A stretch of 64,000 nucleotides of DNA from Sminthopsis crassicaudata. Lineage: Eukaryota. A program made the position numbers and the translations under genes. The notes under the pieces were generated by a model, which did not search any database, was not told the DNA's origin, and saw only the letters and a list, made by a program, of their open reading frames with translations. Of the stretch, positions 50,263 to 62,985 are shown piece by piece (the stretch's first letter is position 1; every line of letters begins with the position of its first letter). Where the stretch lies: assembly GCF_048593235.1 (NCBI RefSeq), contig NC_133619.1:647444558-647508557 (forward strand), written 5' to 3'.

Positions 50263-51545
50263 TTCCTTCAATCCCTATTTTTTCAAATAGTTTATATAGC
50301 ATTGGAGTTAATTGTTCTTTAAATGTTTGGTAGAATTCACATGTAAATCCATCTGGTCCTGGGGATTTTTTCTTAGGGAGTTGGTTAATAGCTTGTTATA
50401 TTTATATTTAGTTTTATTTATTAATTCAATAGTTTTTGTTTTTTTTGTTGTTTTTTTTTTTTTTACTTTCAATTTTATTAATCTCTCCTTTTATTTTTAG
50501 AATTTCAAGTTTCGTGTTTGTCTGGGGGTTTTTAATTTGTTCCTTTTCTAGCATTTTTAGTTGTAAGCCCAATTCATTGACCTTCTCTTTCTCTATTTTA
50601 TGCAAGTAGGTCTGTAGAGATATAAAACTTCCCCTTATTACTGCTTTGGCTGTATCCCACACATTTTGGTATGATTTCTCATTATTGTCATTTTCTTGGG
50701 TGAAGTTATTAATTATGTCTATGATTTACTGTTTCACCCAATCATTCTTTAGTATGAGATTATTTAGTTTCCAGTTGTTTTTTGGTCTATTTTCCCCTGG
50801 CTTTTTATTGAATGTAATTTTCATTGCATCTTAGTCTGAAAAGAATGCATTTACTATTTCTGCCTTACTGCATTTGATTTTGAGGTTTTTATGTCCTAAT
50901 ATATGGTCAATTTTTGTATAGGTTCCATGAACTGCTGAGAAGAAAGTGTACTCCTGTCTCCATTTAGCCTTCTCCAAAGATCAATCATATCAAACTTTTC
51001 TAGTATTCTATTTACCTCTTTGACTTCTTTCTTATTTATTTTGTGGTTTGATTTATCTAATTCTGAGAGTGCAAGGTTGAGATCTCCCACTATTATGGTT
51101 TTGCTGTCTATTTCTTCTTGCAGCTCTCTTAATTTCTCTTTTAAGAATTTAGATGCTGCACCACTTGGTGCGTATATGTTTAATATTGATACTGCTTCAT
51201 TACCTATGCTATCCTTTAGCAAGATATAGTGTCCTTCCTTATTTGTTTTAATTAGATCAATTTTTGCTTTTGCTTGATCTGAGATGAGGATGGCTACCCC
51301 TGCTTTTCTGGCTTTACCTGAAGCATAGTAGATTCTGCTCCAACCTTTTACCTTTATTCTGTATGTATCACCCTGTTTCAGGTGTGTTTCCTGTAAACAA
51401 CATATTGTAGGATTCTGGCTTTTAATCCAGTCTTCTACCTTCCTCTTTATGGGGGAGTTTACCCCATTCACATTTATGGTTAAAATGACTAATTCTATAT
51501 TGCTTGCCATCCTGTTAACCCCTGCTTATGCTTTTCTCCTTTCAA
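50263..51545 (-). mobile_element. L1 ORF2 N-terminal endonuclease region, disrupted
   Basis: TINVNGVNSPIKRK...ICCLQETHL...IIVGDLN (50896-51510) and MWDTAKAVIRGSFISL (50426-50662). Confidence 0.95.
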
Positions 51546-51562
51546 TATCTCTCTGTCTCTCT

Positions 51563-51710
51563 NNNNNNNNNNNNNNNNNNNNNNNNNNNNNNNNNNNNNN
51601 NNNNNNNNNNNNNNNNNNNNNNNNNNNNNNNNNNNNNNNNNNNNNNNNNNNNNNNNNNNNNNNNNNNNNNNNNNNNNNNNNNNNNNNNNNNNNNNNNNNN
51701 NNNNNNNNNN
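51563..51710. other. Assembly gap
   Basis: Run of N. Confidence 1.
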
Positions 51711-52629
51711 CTGTGTTGGAGATTGCTTCCATGAAAAACAATGAAATTAATTGAAAAACTTGATTGGAAACCAAGTGTTTTTTTTTTGTTTTTTTTTAAA
51801 GGAATGATTAAATTTCTTTCTTTTTAAAATAATCTGGATGGCTTTATTTTGATGAGTTTATGGGGTGCTAACAAACTGTAGAATTTAATAAAAACAAAAA
51901 TTTCATAGATTAACTATTCTTTAATGGAACCTCTAAAAAATATCATTTGGCAGCTTATTTTAAATTGGGTGGAATAAATATCTAGGCTGATGCCCATCTT
52001 TACAGCTTACAAGATAGATTTTTTTTTTTAAAGGGACAATTCAAAACAAAGAACATATTAATGGTATCTCACAATATTTCTTCCATGGCTGAAAAGACAC
52101 ATTTTCTCACCTATTCTCCAGGGCAAGATTTAGTCATTATTGATACACAACATCAATTTTTTGGGGAGGGTGTTTCTTTCCATTTAGATTGTGGTCATTA
52201 TATTTTTATTTCAATCCTGTCTGACTTTTTGTGACCCATCTGGTATTTTCTTGACCAAATACTAGGGTGTTTTGTCACTTCCTTTTTTTTGGTTCATTTG
52301 ATAGATGAAGGATTTGAAGCTAAGAAGGTAGGTCACAATTAATAAGTGTCTCAGGCCACATTTGAACTCAGGTCCTTCTGATTTTAAGGCTGGTGGTCTA
52401 TGCACCACACCACATAGTTTCACTAATTCTTATTAGTTCTATGACTCCATGTAGCAGAACACAGATAAGTCAGCTCCATGAGTGGGGAGACTGACATGTG
52501 AGTTTACTATGATTTTGTCCTGTGCTTATCAAGAGCTTCATTTGCATTGGGGCAGGAACACTAAGGCTAAGATGGGTTTTGTCATTGGCTTCCTAATTAA
52601 TATCTAGCACAATTACTGGCATTCTAGAA

Positions 52630-52940
52630 CAGACCTTCTTAACTTTTTTCACACTCAACCCTTTTCCCTCTGAGAAATTTTGACATAACCCTGGGGATAT
52701 AAATATATAAATGTGTATACCAATCAAACATATCCTGATAATAAATCATACAGATATTTATTTTAAAACAATTTGTGGTCATACATATAATTTTACCATT
52801 AAAGACAAAAGCAAATTTTTACATTAATGAGATTTCATATTTAAGAACTAAATTTTGGGGGAATATTTGATACCTTTTATGGTTGCCAAGCTTTTTTTGA
52901 TCCCCACATTTAATTAGTGGACCCCATATGGGGGGCTTTG
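52630..52940. mobile_element. hAT (Charlie-like) non-autonomous element
   Basis: Perfect 8-bp TSD ttctagaa at 52622-52629 and 52941-52948, the typical Charlie nTCTAGAn target. Confidence 0.7.
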
Positions 52941-53277
52941 TTCTAGAACATGCTGAGTAAATGAAGATGGAATTCATTGTACTAGTTGTCCCCACCCAAA
53001 TGATTCACTATGAGAATGCCCCCATTCTGAGCACCTCCTGAGCTAGGGTCGGACAACACAGTGGCATGCAAGCTGGCATATCTGTGGCAAAGGGGGCTTC
53101 TCTAGCCCTTTGTTGTAGACTTTAGGACTTTTTTTATTTTTTTCTGAGGCTGGGGTTAAGTGACTTGCCTAGGGTCACACAGCTAGGAAGTGTTAAGTGT
53201 CTGAGATAAGATTTGAACTCGGGTTCTCCTGAATTCAAGGCTGGTGTTCTATCCACTGCACCACCTAGCTGCCCCGT

Positions 53278-53460
53278 TTAGGGCTTTTCTAAAGGAATGA
53301 GTTGAAAGAAGTCTCTAGGGCTTGCCATTCCCCAAGCAGCCGCCAGATTCAGGTGGGAGCGCTCCGCCTGTGGACTCCATTTCCCAGAAATGTCGTGACA
53401 TCACCAACTGCAGCATCTCCTCCCATGGCTGCAGCAGACTCCCCAGCATGCCAAAGGATA
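53278..53460 (+). promoter_or_regulatory. Decayed third copy of the KZFP promoter
   Basis: ggactccatttcccagaa identical to gene B; TGACATCA in place of TGACGTCA; flanks align to 27020-27210. Confidence 0.75.
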
Positions 53461-53939
53461 CAAAGTATAATGGAAATATTTCTGTGAACTGATACAGAAA
53501 ACATCTACATTGTGATTATAACAATGTAACTGGAAAGAAAAACCAAGGAAAAACATAGAAACAAAAATGTGGCAAAACTGTAACAAGAGAACTTGTCCCT
53601 CAAGAAGAGGCACGAGAAGATTCCTTCCCCTCCCAGACCTATGCAGAGGTTGGGATCTAAAGGTATGGGATGCTGAAGAGAAAATCCTAGTTTTTTTGAA
53701 AGTGTCAATCAATTCTGCCAGTATTTTTTCCCTTATTTAAAAAAAATTCTTGATTATATTATATTATGTATATGTATATTATTATAAAGATGGCTATCTG
53801 GAAAGTGGGAAAGAAGAGGAATGCAGAAAGAAATCTAAATGTCACGAACAGAAGATGTTAATAAAAATCTATTTTTTAAAGAAAGAAGTTGTCTTTACTT
53901 AGGGAGGTCAGATTTCTATAATTTTCCAGCTTCACATCT

Positions 53940-54420
53940 CTCTTTTTTAATAGCTTTTTATTTTCAAAATATATGCAAAGATAGTTTTTTTGTTTTTTGT
54001 TTTTTCTGAGGCTGGGGTTAAGTGACTTGCACAGGGTCACACAACTAGGAAGTGTTGTGTCTGAGATCACATTTGAACTAGGGTCCTCCTGAATTCAGAG
54101 CTGGTGCTCTATCCACTGTGCTACATAGCTGCCCCCACAAAGATAGTTTTCAACATTCATCTTTACAAAACCTTGTGTTCCAAATTTTTCTTCCCTCCCC
54201 TTCTCCCCAACCTTGTCCCCCAGACAGTAAGTAATCCAATATAGGTTAAATATGTGCAATTCTTATATACATATTTCCACAATTATCATGCTGCACAAGA
54301 AAAATCAGATCAAAAAGGGGAAAAATGAGAAAGAAAACAAAAAGTAAGCAAGTGAACAACAACAACAAAAGATGAAAATACTATGTTGTGATCCATATTT
54401 AGTCCCCACAGTCCCCTTTC
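53940..54420 (-). mobile_element. L1 3' UTR fragment interrupted by a SINE
   Basis: aatagcttttattttcaaaatatatgcaaagatagtttt...ccttgtgttccaaattttt. Confidence 0.7.
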
Positions 54421-54449
54421 AGGACAACATCACATCTCTGTATAGGGTC

Positions 54450-55070
54450 TTCTGACTAGAGTCATGAAGTTTCTAGTCCTCCCAGGTGATGTCAACAGCC
54501 AAATTCTTGAATGTCACCAATTCCTGAAAGGCCAGACAGACTGCTGCTCATCCAATGTCCATCCCCTCACACAGTCATAGAAGCAGAGAGGATACAGGGC
54601 AGTGGTTTTGATGCGGTCCTGAGTAACTAGGTAGCATTGGTAACGCAAGCCTGAAGTACCGACAAGATCATAATGTTTTCTGAGGCAATGAGGAAGGGTA
54701 TTCATGGGAATCAGCTCAGCCTTACAGTCTCACCCCTGTGGAGATCTTGGGAAGCCCTACCTCATTGTATCCAATCAGAAAGTGAAGTTATGATATTAAA
54801 CCTCTCCCCCTCTTACCCCACCTCCACTTAAATTTCCCCTATAAATCTGCGCATGGTCTATACCCTCTTTGTTGAATCCCTATTCAGTGTTCTGCTTCAT
54901 GGTGTCTTTCTCCTTACTCTCCTTCCCTCCCCAAATGTCTTTCTCCTTGTTAAAACTAATGCTATAAAAGTAATAAACTCCACTGTGGATTTAGGCTGCC
55001 AGTCAGTTGTGTATTCCCACCTCATTTCTCCTGGTTAATGGTGAGTTCCACTGGGGAACTTCTTTTTTTC
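54450..55070 (+). mobile_element. Probable solo LTR
   Basis: ccaatcag (~54772), tataaat (~54840) and aataaa (~54972) in LTR order; boundaries approximate. Confidence 0.5.
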
Positions 55071-56261
55071 CCTTGTTAATTATTAAACACAAACAAACAA
55101 ATTATTATTAAACACAAAATTATTATTAAATTATTATTATTAACAAATTATTATTAAACACAAAAACAAATTACTAAACAAAAATCTTTCTTTGCTAACT
55201 ATATGGTCTCCCAAATCTATTTCATATTTGTCACTCCTGGCATCTATATTAGCTTTTCATTTTGTCTATAACTCCTTCTTATAAATAAAATTACCTTTTT
55301 TGCAAGAAGAAAGCCCTTCTGAGTTTGTCACATGTGCCTTGCACCTTGAGCATCATGTTTGAACTAGGAATTGCTACTCCCTCTCCATTTGGTGCCAAAC
55401 CATTTTTATAGGACCTCCACCTAGTCACTTTCTCACAATGTTCAGCATACAGAATGTTAATAAAGCAAATCACTTTCCTGAGGTCAATCTTCAATTATAT
55501 ATGACTTATTGCATAGAATATATGTGTAGTGCTGTAAGGGATCTCAGAGACTATCTCCTAAAAGTGCCTCATTGTTTAGGTAAGGAAACTGAGGTTCTGG
55601 GAGAATGAATGAATGACCCAAGATCCCACAGGTATATGATGTGCCAAATCCCAACATGAAATCCACATCTTTTGTCTCTGGAGTTGATTTTGTTTCACTT
55701 TGTCCCACAGGAAATGTAGAAATTTGTTATGATTTTTTCATATGATGAATTGTTATCTTCACTGCTTCAACTATGCTTCTAACTGGCTGGATTTGGCCAA
55801 AAAAGAATCAAATGGCAGCATCTCCTGGTGGGAACAGCTCAGAGCTACAGGGGTCATGGGGAGATAGAAGGTCAGGTCTAGCTGAGGAATAGGATTCTTG
55901 TCCAACACCAATTCAGGAGGCCAAGACTGGACCTTCTGGAGAAGAAGGTTCCCCAGGAAGAGTGTTCTATCCCTGCTCACTATCTGAAGGGCTGAGATAC
56001 CCCAACCACAATCCTGAGAGCAAAGAAGGAAGGGGAACACCAGGTTGCAGAATGGGATCCAACTGGTCTCCCAAGTGTGTGTCACCCCTCCCTAGGAAAA
56101 AACAAACCTTTTGTACTTCTCTTTTAATAATTTGATATCTTCCCACCTTATCATCCCCAAAGAAACATACCTTATAATTAAGAATAAAACAACAAGAAGA
56201 AAGTTAAACAAATTTCAAGACCCATCTCAGTTTCCTGCACATATAATTTCCCCCACCCCAT

Positions 56262-57880
56262 TGTTTCTTCTCCATCCCTCTGGCGCCAGAGGATAATAAA
56301 AGATTTGTTTTTACCATTCCCTCTATAAACAATGCAGGACCGGATTTGTGCTACCAATGGAAAGTTCTCTCCCAAGGTATGTGTTGTAGTCCTACTTTAT
56401 GTCAGGTATACATAGTGCAAGTGCTAGAACCAATTAGGAAGGCATGGCTTCATGCCATGATACTGCCTTATATGGATGATATACTGTTATCAATAAGCAG
56501 AGGGAAAGATCTCTCTGCCCTGCTTAAAGAGACCATAAGTGTTCTCTCATGTTCTCAACATGGACTGATGGTAGCCCCAGAAAAGATCCTACATAACTAT
56601 CCCATAATTTACCTGGGACTCCTCATGGGGACTTCTGCAGTTACTAATCAGATACCTAACTTACACTTAGACAAGATGAATATTCTGAATCTATTTCAGA
56701 AACTAATTAGACAAATTCAGTGGTTAAGGGTTCATGCCCCTATTCCTATTTCTTTGATGCAGCCTTTATGTGACATTTTAAAAGGATATATTTAAGAGAT
56801 ACCCAGAGCCCATTAACATCCTATCAGATAGCTTATATGCTGTCCAAGTGCTCAGAGGCATTGAGGATGCTGTCCTATAGCCTCAGAATCCTTTAATTGC
56901 TGACCTCCTTGCTGAATTGCAGCTGATTTTACAGACTAGGAAACATCCCATTTTCATCCTGCATGCATACTCTCACCAATGCTGTTGCAGGAGACATATT
57001 TACTGGCAATGACGTGGTGGACCATGCTTTACAATGCTCCCTTCTCATGGTCACCACACTCTGAATGTGCCCATGAATTTCTCCACTTACCCGCTACTTT
57101 GCTACATAGCCTTTATGGCCTCACCTGGGAACAAGCCCAACAGATAGGGAAGCAATGTGTTCAGTTTCTCCCTCCTCCACCTAGTAAAGGAGTTAATCCC
57201 AGGAATTTATTCCCCAATGATTTGTGGCAAATGGATATGACACATGGGAGCCGTGTGGCCATCCACATCTGTATTGACATCTTTTCTAGATTCCTTTGGG
57301 CCACAGTGGCCTCCTGTGAGAATACTCCTTTGGTCATTAAACATTTGTATATTTGCTTCTCCTCTCAGAGTTCCTAATACCATAAAGACCAACAATGGAC
57401 CAGCTTATACCTCTAAGCAGATGTCCACCTTCCTCACCACATTTGCCATAAAACATGTTATGGGAATTCCCTACAATCCACAGGGTCAGGCCCTGGTGGA
57501 ACAGGCCCATCATACTCTGAAGGCCACCCTTGTTAAACAGAAAGGGGGAGGAAGTAGACAGAATCCCCAATGGCCCACAAGACAGATGTGGATAAAACCT
57601 TGTAAACTTACAATTTTTTGTGCCTGGATAGGGATATCAGCCTTTGTCCTGGAATGATACATTTGACACAATCTCATAGACAGGACAGAAAACTGAGCTC
57701 CATGAAAACTGCACTTCAAGTGCTAGAGAACATTCAAAATGTCCTTTGGAAGGATGAGGAAGGACATTGGTAAGATCCATCCTTAGTACTTGGGAGAGGG
57801 ATGGGATATTTATATCTTGCAGATCCTGATGGGGAAGGCCGCTGGATTCCAGAAAAAAAGAACAAGGAGAATCACCCCTA
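56262..57880 (+). pseudogene. pol: Betaretrovirus-like (class II) ERV pol remnant: RT, RNase H and integrase, with frameshifts and stops
   Basis: CFFSIPLAPEDNKRFVFTIP...QWKVLSQGM...YMDDILL; integrase WQMDMTH, KTNNGPAYTS, GIPYNPQGQALVE, and C-terminal LWKD...GRG..RWIP. Confidence 0.92.
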
Positions 57881-58020
57881 TTAAAACAGGGGCTGAAGAA
57901 GAAGAGGATATGACCCAAGAAACACCTGAAACAGCACCATAACAGAGAGATGACTACCCTTGCCGGACCAGCTTAGTGATTGGATCTAACATACTTCCTT
58001 TCCCATCCCCTTCTATTGTA

Positions 58021-58152
58021 TCCCGTGGGCTCTATGTAGCTTTTGTATTATTGCTTCTTTTGCTTTTGCCTACTTTGCTAGGATGTTTTATATGTATTCT
58101 TTTAAAAAAATTCTTTAGAGGTGTGCTTATGGAAGAGCTTTTCATTTGTTAA
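58021..58152 (+). pseudogene. env transmembrane/cytoplasmic-tail remnant
   Basis: SRGLYVAFVLLLLLLLPTLLGCFICILLKKFF..., immediately before the PPT. Confidence 0.5.
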
Positions 58153-58191
58153 CATGAGAACATTTGGTCTTAATAATAAAAGAGGGGGAGA

Positions 58192-58599
58192 TGTAAGGGT
58201 TAAAAAGCCTCTAGAAGCAAGGAATGTAGTTCCAGGCATGTGGGAGGACCTGAGGCATAAGAGGTATCGAGGCACAGGTGAGGCCTATGTGGAGGAGGAG
58301 CCCCAGAAAGTAGTGTCTGTCCCTGGGTACCACGCCTTTCTCCTTAGTGCTCTCAAAGCATGCTTCCCTCCTACTTCTTGGGCCAGATCCTGGGGGGGAG
58401 GGGTGTTTATAAATATATTCTATCTAAGAATAAAGTTCTCTTTCACTTCACCCCCTACCTCCTGGTGGTCTGGCTCTGTAGGATCCGGGTTGGTGCCCAA
58501 AGACGGGTAAGTGTGGCCTAGCCTTGCCGTCGACAGACAGGCATTAAGAGTAGGTCTAAGGGGAGCTACCAGGTTAGAGTAGTCCATAGGGGTGTGACA
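58192..58599 (+). mobile_element. 3' LTR of the class II ERV
   Basis: Follows the PPT aaaagagggggaga; TG...CA; tttataaata and aataaa inside. Confidence 0.8.
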
Positions 58600-58779
58600 C
58601 AAAAGGATTAAATTATTTGCCCAGGTCATACACCTAGTAGCTGAGATCAGATTTTAACTCAGGAAGATGAGACTACAACTCTGGAACTCTAGCCACTGCA
58701 CCACTTAGCTCCTCCATCAGAGAAAATATAGTTTACCAAAAGGCAATGAAGCAATATAAAAATGTTTGGGGGAAGGATT

Positions 58780-59050
58780 CTAAGAAGATTGCAAAAGGTT
58801 GGTAAATTCCAAGCTCTCCTGATTTCTCCACAAATAGAACCAATTTGCACCTCAGGGCAAACATAGACTAGTGAAAAATCAAGAAGACTTAGGGCAGAAT
58901 AGGGGTCTTCCTGGCCCAAACTGAGAAGATCTGAAGAAAGACTCCAGACTGGAGATTAATGCAAACACCAGGTGGGGAACCCTGGGGTACCTCAAGACTC
59001 AGCAGGAATCACAGAGACATTGACCTCCTGGACTGTTTTTGGAGAATAGG
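58780..59050 (+). mobile_element. Marsupial L1 5' UTR fragment
   Basis: ttccaagctctcc...cctcagggcaaacatagactagtgaaaaatcaagaagacttagggcagaa resembles marsupial L1 5' ends (recognised from memory). Confidence 0.5.
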
Positions 59051-60299
59051 GATCTGAATCTAGCCCATTTTGGAAACTTCTGGGATATCTCTAGGCCATT
59101 AAACAATTGGTGAGATTTTTTTTTTTTTCTCTAGGCAGTTGAACAAGAGTCAAAAGGGATTACACCTCAGATATTTTCTACTGGAAGAGTAAAGCTTTGC
59201 TCTTCTCCCAAAGTCTTAATAATTAAACAGATCCTTAATGCTGAGTTTATACTACCCAAGGTTATTATTCTAAGAAGTCTTCAGTTTCCTGTTTTACTCA
59301 CAGTGAAACTATGAGAGATAAAGAAATAACAAAACAGATTATAAAGATGAAAAAAATTAGGAGTATTGTTCTTTATTTTTTTGTAAAATGTTTAAAAGGC
59401 AAATGTATTTGCATGATTTCACATGTATAATTGATTTCACATATGTGATTTACATGTATCATTTCAATGTTTTAGAGCATTTTTATATGACTATTACTTG
59501 ATCTCACTTAATTTCTTCATCTCTCTCAGTGGATGAAGGAAGATGTTGCATGGAGAGAATTAAGAACTCAAATTTTTAAAAGAAAAGAATTTTCAATATA
59601 GATAAATAATAAATGAAAAGAAGAAAAAAGGAAAAATGTTTAATCTGGATTGTAAATATGTCTCCATGTCACTTTTACGTCTAGACAATCAATTACACCC
59701 TGATTTGTAGCATGTTCTAATTTCTGATGTATAAATGCTCATACCAAACATTGAGCAATCATTTCTTGAAAGATGGTACAAGCTGATTTTAGTATATCCC
59801 TAGTTCAAGGAAATACAATAAATTCAGGAAGGAGAATCAATGGCCAGTAGATATGAATTTGAGAGTTAATTTAGACTTGTTAAATACATTTCAATTACAA
59901 CACTTTGACTAATGAGACCATTCAATCACCTAGAGAGGTGAAGTTGAGACAGAATATTACTCAATTTCTGTAAACCACTGGAGAACTTGACCCTTCCCTC
60001 CCCTATTTTTAGCATTTTTGTTTGGGAGCTTAGACTGCATTAACTCTCAGAGTGGGGTCTGGGATTCCCAAATCCAGATAGTTCCAGTTGAATGGGCTGA
60101 GAATGATAGTTAAGGCTGCCATCTGGTGGCTAAATAACAAACATTTTCTACTCTTTCAAACTTTTTCCTTTGGCAGAAAGTAGGTTTTCTCAATTAAAAA
60201 GCTAACTATCAGTGTGGATAATAACTTGTTAAGAATGTATTATATGTCACTTGTTCAGTATAAATGAACTAGATAATTTATCAACATTTTTTTTCTTAA

Positions 60300-62714
60300 A
60301 AATAAATGGATATATTTTATATTTACATTCCTAATTTTCTCAGTTTGGTTCCCCTTCCCATACTCTTACATATATTTTTCCTTTATTTGTCACTCCTACT
60401 ACATCAGAAACCAACAAGCAATTTTTAAAATGCTGGAAAAAATAATGCATTACATTATTACATGTTTGTATAGATCATCAAAATGTATTCTTAATTGGCA
60501 CATCTAAAAATGTATGTCTCACTGCATTTTGAGTTCATCATCTCTAGGGAAGCAGGTGAGTAGAATACCTTATCCTCAGTTCTTTGCCATTATATTTCTT
60601 GTCATTATATTGAACAGATTTCTAAAGTCAACTAATTTTCTCGACAATGTTGTTAATTATAATTAAAGTTGCATTTCTTCTAAATGAATAATTGAATGTA
60701 ACTGTAATGATTAACATAGTAATAATACAAATTATTTTCTAATTATGCTCTATAACTAGATGCCCTCCATATCCATACATAGAAATGTCCCCCCAGGTAC
60801 TTTGAAATTGTTAATTTCAAAGTTTCTTAGACAATATTTCTTTTTTTAGTTTAATTTATTTTTGTCACATTTTAAATTCTAAGCTGTCTTCTTTCATTTG
60901 ACTAACATTTGACAAAGATTTTTTAAAAAAATTTTTAATTCACAAAACAAAACAGGCATTTCCATAAAAGTACAATAAATCTATTATATACAACTTACTA
61001 TTTCCTCCAAATACAAAACAAAATTATCATGTAAATTTCTTTTTTCTTTTTTTTCTTTTATCTCTCCTCCTTCCAAAGATGATTATTAAATATGTCTGTG
61101 TGTGTATATGTTAAAATTATTCTATACATTCTATTCATCTGTTCTTCATATGCTGATGTACCTTTTATATGTCTTGCTTTTAATTTGCATATTTATAAAA
61201 TTATTTAGTTGCTTAGTCTTTCTCAAAACAATATTGCTGTTACTGTATAAAATGTTCTCTTGGTTCTGCTTACTTTGCTCTTCACTACTTCTTCCCATGC
61301 CTTTTGAAAATCATTGAGCTCATCATTTTTTATAGCATAGTAACTATATACCCCAAATGATGGGGGTTCCTGCAGTTTCTAGCTCTTTTGTACCACAGAA
61401 TAGTTATAAGCATCCCATTTACACTGACAGTTATGATTATTTGTTAATTTCCATCCATCTTATTTTTACTCATTATTTTCATCTTTACCCTCTCTTTTTG
61501 CCCTATTTCTGCTAACTTATCTTCTCTCCCCACCCTTCAAGTTCCCACTTCACCCACTGTCCCAATTTCAATATACATACCTCTCTAAAAGCCCACTGAT
61601 CTGGAGAACAGATAGAGGAGATTTATAAATATTTATAAAAAACATACAAGCTCTGTGTTTCTTATACCACAGTAGTATTCCAGCATAATTCTAAACTACA
61701 ATTTGTTTAGTCATTCGCCAGTTGACGAGCAGCCTCTTAATTTCCAGTTCTTTGTCATCAAAAGTTCCTATAAATATTTTAGAATGTATAGGTTCTTTTC
61801 CTTTTTCCTTAATCACCTTGAGAAACAGACTTAGTGGTTTTTCTGGTATAAAGGGTATACACAAAGACAATGGTCTCTTTTAATTAAAAATTCTCCTCCT
61901 ATTCTTAAGGCTGTATTTTCTTTTATTTTTCTTATAATGTCTTACTTTTTATCTAGATCATGAATCCATTCTGATAAACAGCATAAGAAATTGTTCTTTA
62001 TTCAAATTGTGCCAGTCTTCTTTCCAGTTTTCTCAACAATTTTTACCAAATAATGTATTTTTTCCCAGAAGCTTAAATCTTTACATTTGTCAAACTCAAG
62101 GTAATCATAATTATGTACTATTGTGTGTTGTATGACCTACTCTGTCCTACTAATTCACCTTTCTATTTCTCAGACATACCAGATAGTTTTGATAATTATT
62201 GTCTTAAATATAGTTTAAGATCTGGTACTGCTAAACCTCCTTTCTTTATATTTTTTCCTTTAATTCCTTTGATAATTTTTTTACCTTTTGTTCTTCCAAA
62301 TATATTTTATCATTATTTTTTTCAAGCTCAATAAAATAGTTTTTGGTAGTTGAATTGGAATGGCATTGAATAAGTAAATTAGTTTAGGTAGAATTGACAC
62401 TTGTATTATATTTAGTCTCTCAATCTAAGAACAATTAATATTTCGCCAATTATTTAAATCTGGCTTTATTTGTATAAAAGTGTTTTTATAATTGTGTTCA
62501 CATATTTCCTTGGTTTATCATGGCAGGTATATTCCCAGATATTATACCATTATTTAAAATGGGTACCTCTTCCTGGAGTACTTTGTTGGTGATATATAGA
62601 AATGCTGATGATTTATATGAATTTATTTTATGTTGCAATTAACTTTTTAATTACATTTTAAAGATTTTCCTAGTGTATCATTATATCATCTGCAGAGAGA
62701 AGGTTTTGACAAGG
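60300..62714 (-). mobile_element. Old L1 fragments (3' UTR and ORF2)
   Basis: Degenerate ORF2-like sequence, e.g. tagtttaagatctggtactgcta and ggaatggcattgaataagtaaattagtttagg. Confidence 0.7.
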
Positions 62715-62985
62715 NNNNNNNNNNNNNNNNNNNNNNNNNNNNNNNNNNNNNNNNNNNNNNNNNNNNNNNNNNNNNNNNNNNNNNNNNNNNNNNNNNNNNN
62801 NNNNNNNNNNNNNNNNNNNNNNNNNNNNNNNNNNNNNNNNNNNNNNNNNNNNNNNNNNNNNNNNNNNNNNNNNNNNNNNNNNNNNNNNNNNNNNNNNNNN
62901 NNNNNNNNNNNNNNNNNNNNNNNNNNNNNNNNNNNNNNNNNNNNNNNNNNNNNNNNNNNNNNNNNNNNNNNNNNNNNNNNNNNNN
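62715..62985. other. Assembly gap
   Basis: Run of N. Confidence 1.

Noticed and set aside
56281-56295. tggcgcc as a tRNA-Lys PBS
   Set aside because: It is in-frame RT coding sequence (PLAPED), has no upstream LTR, and the match ends after 7 nt
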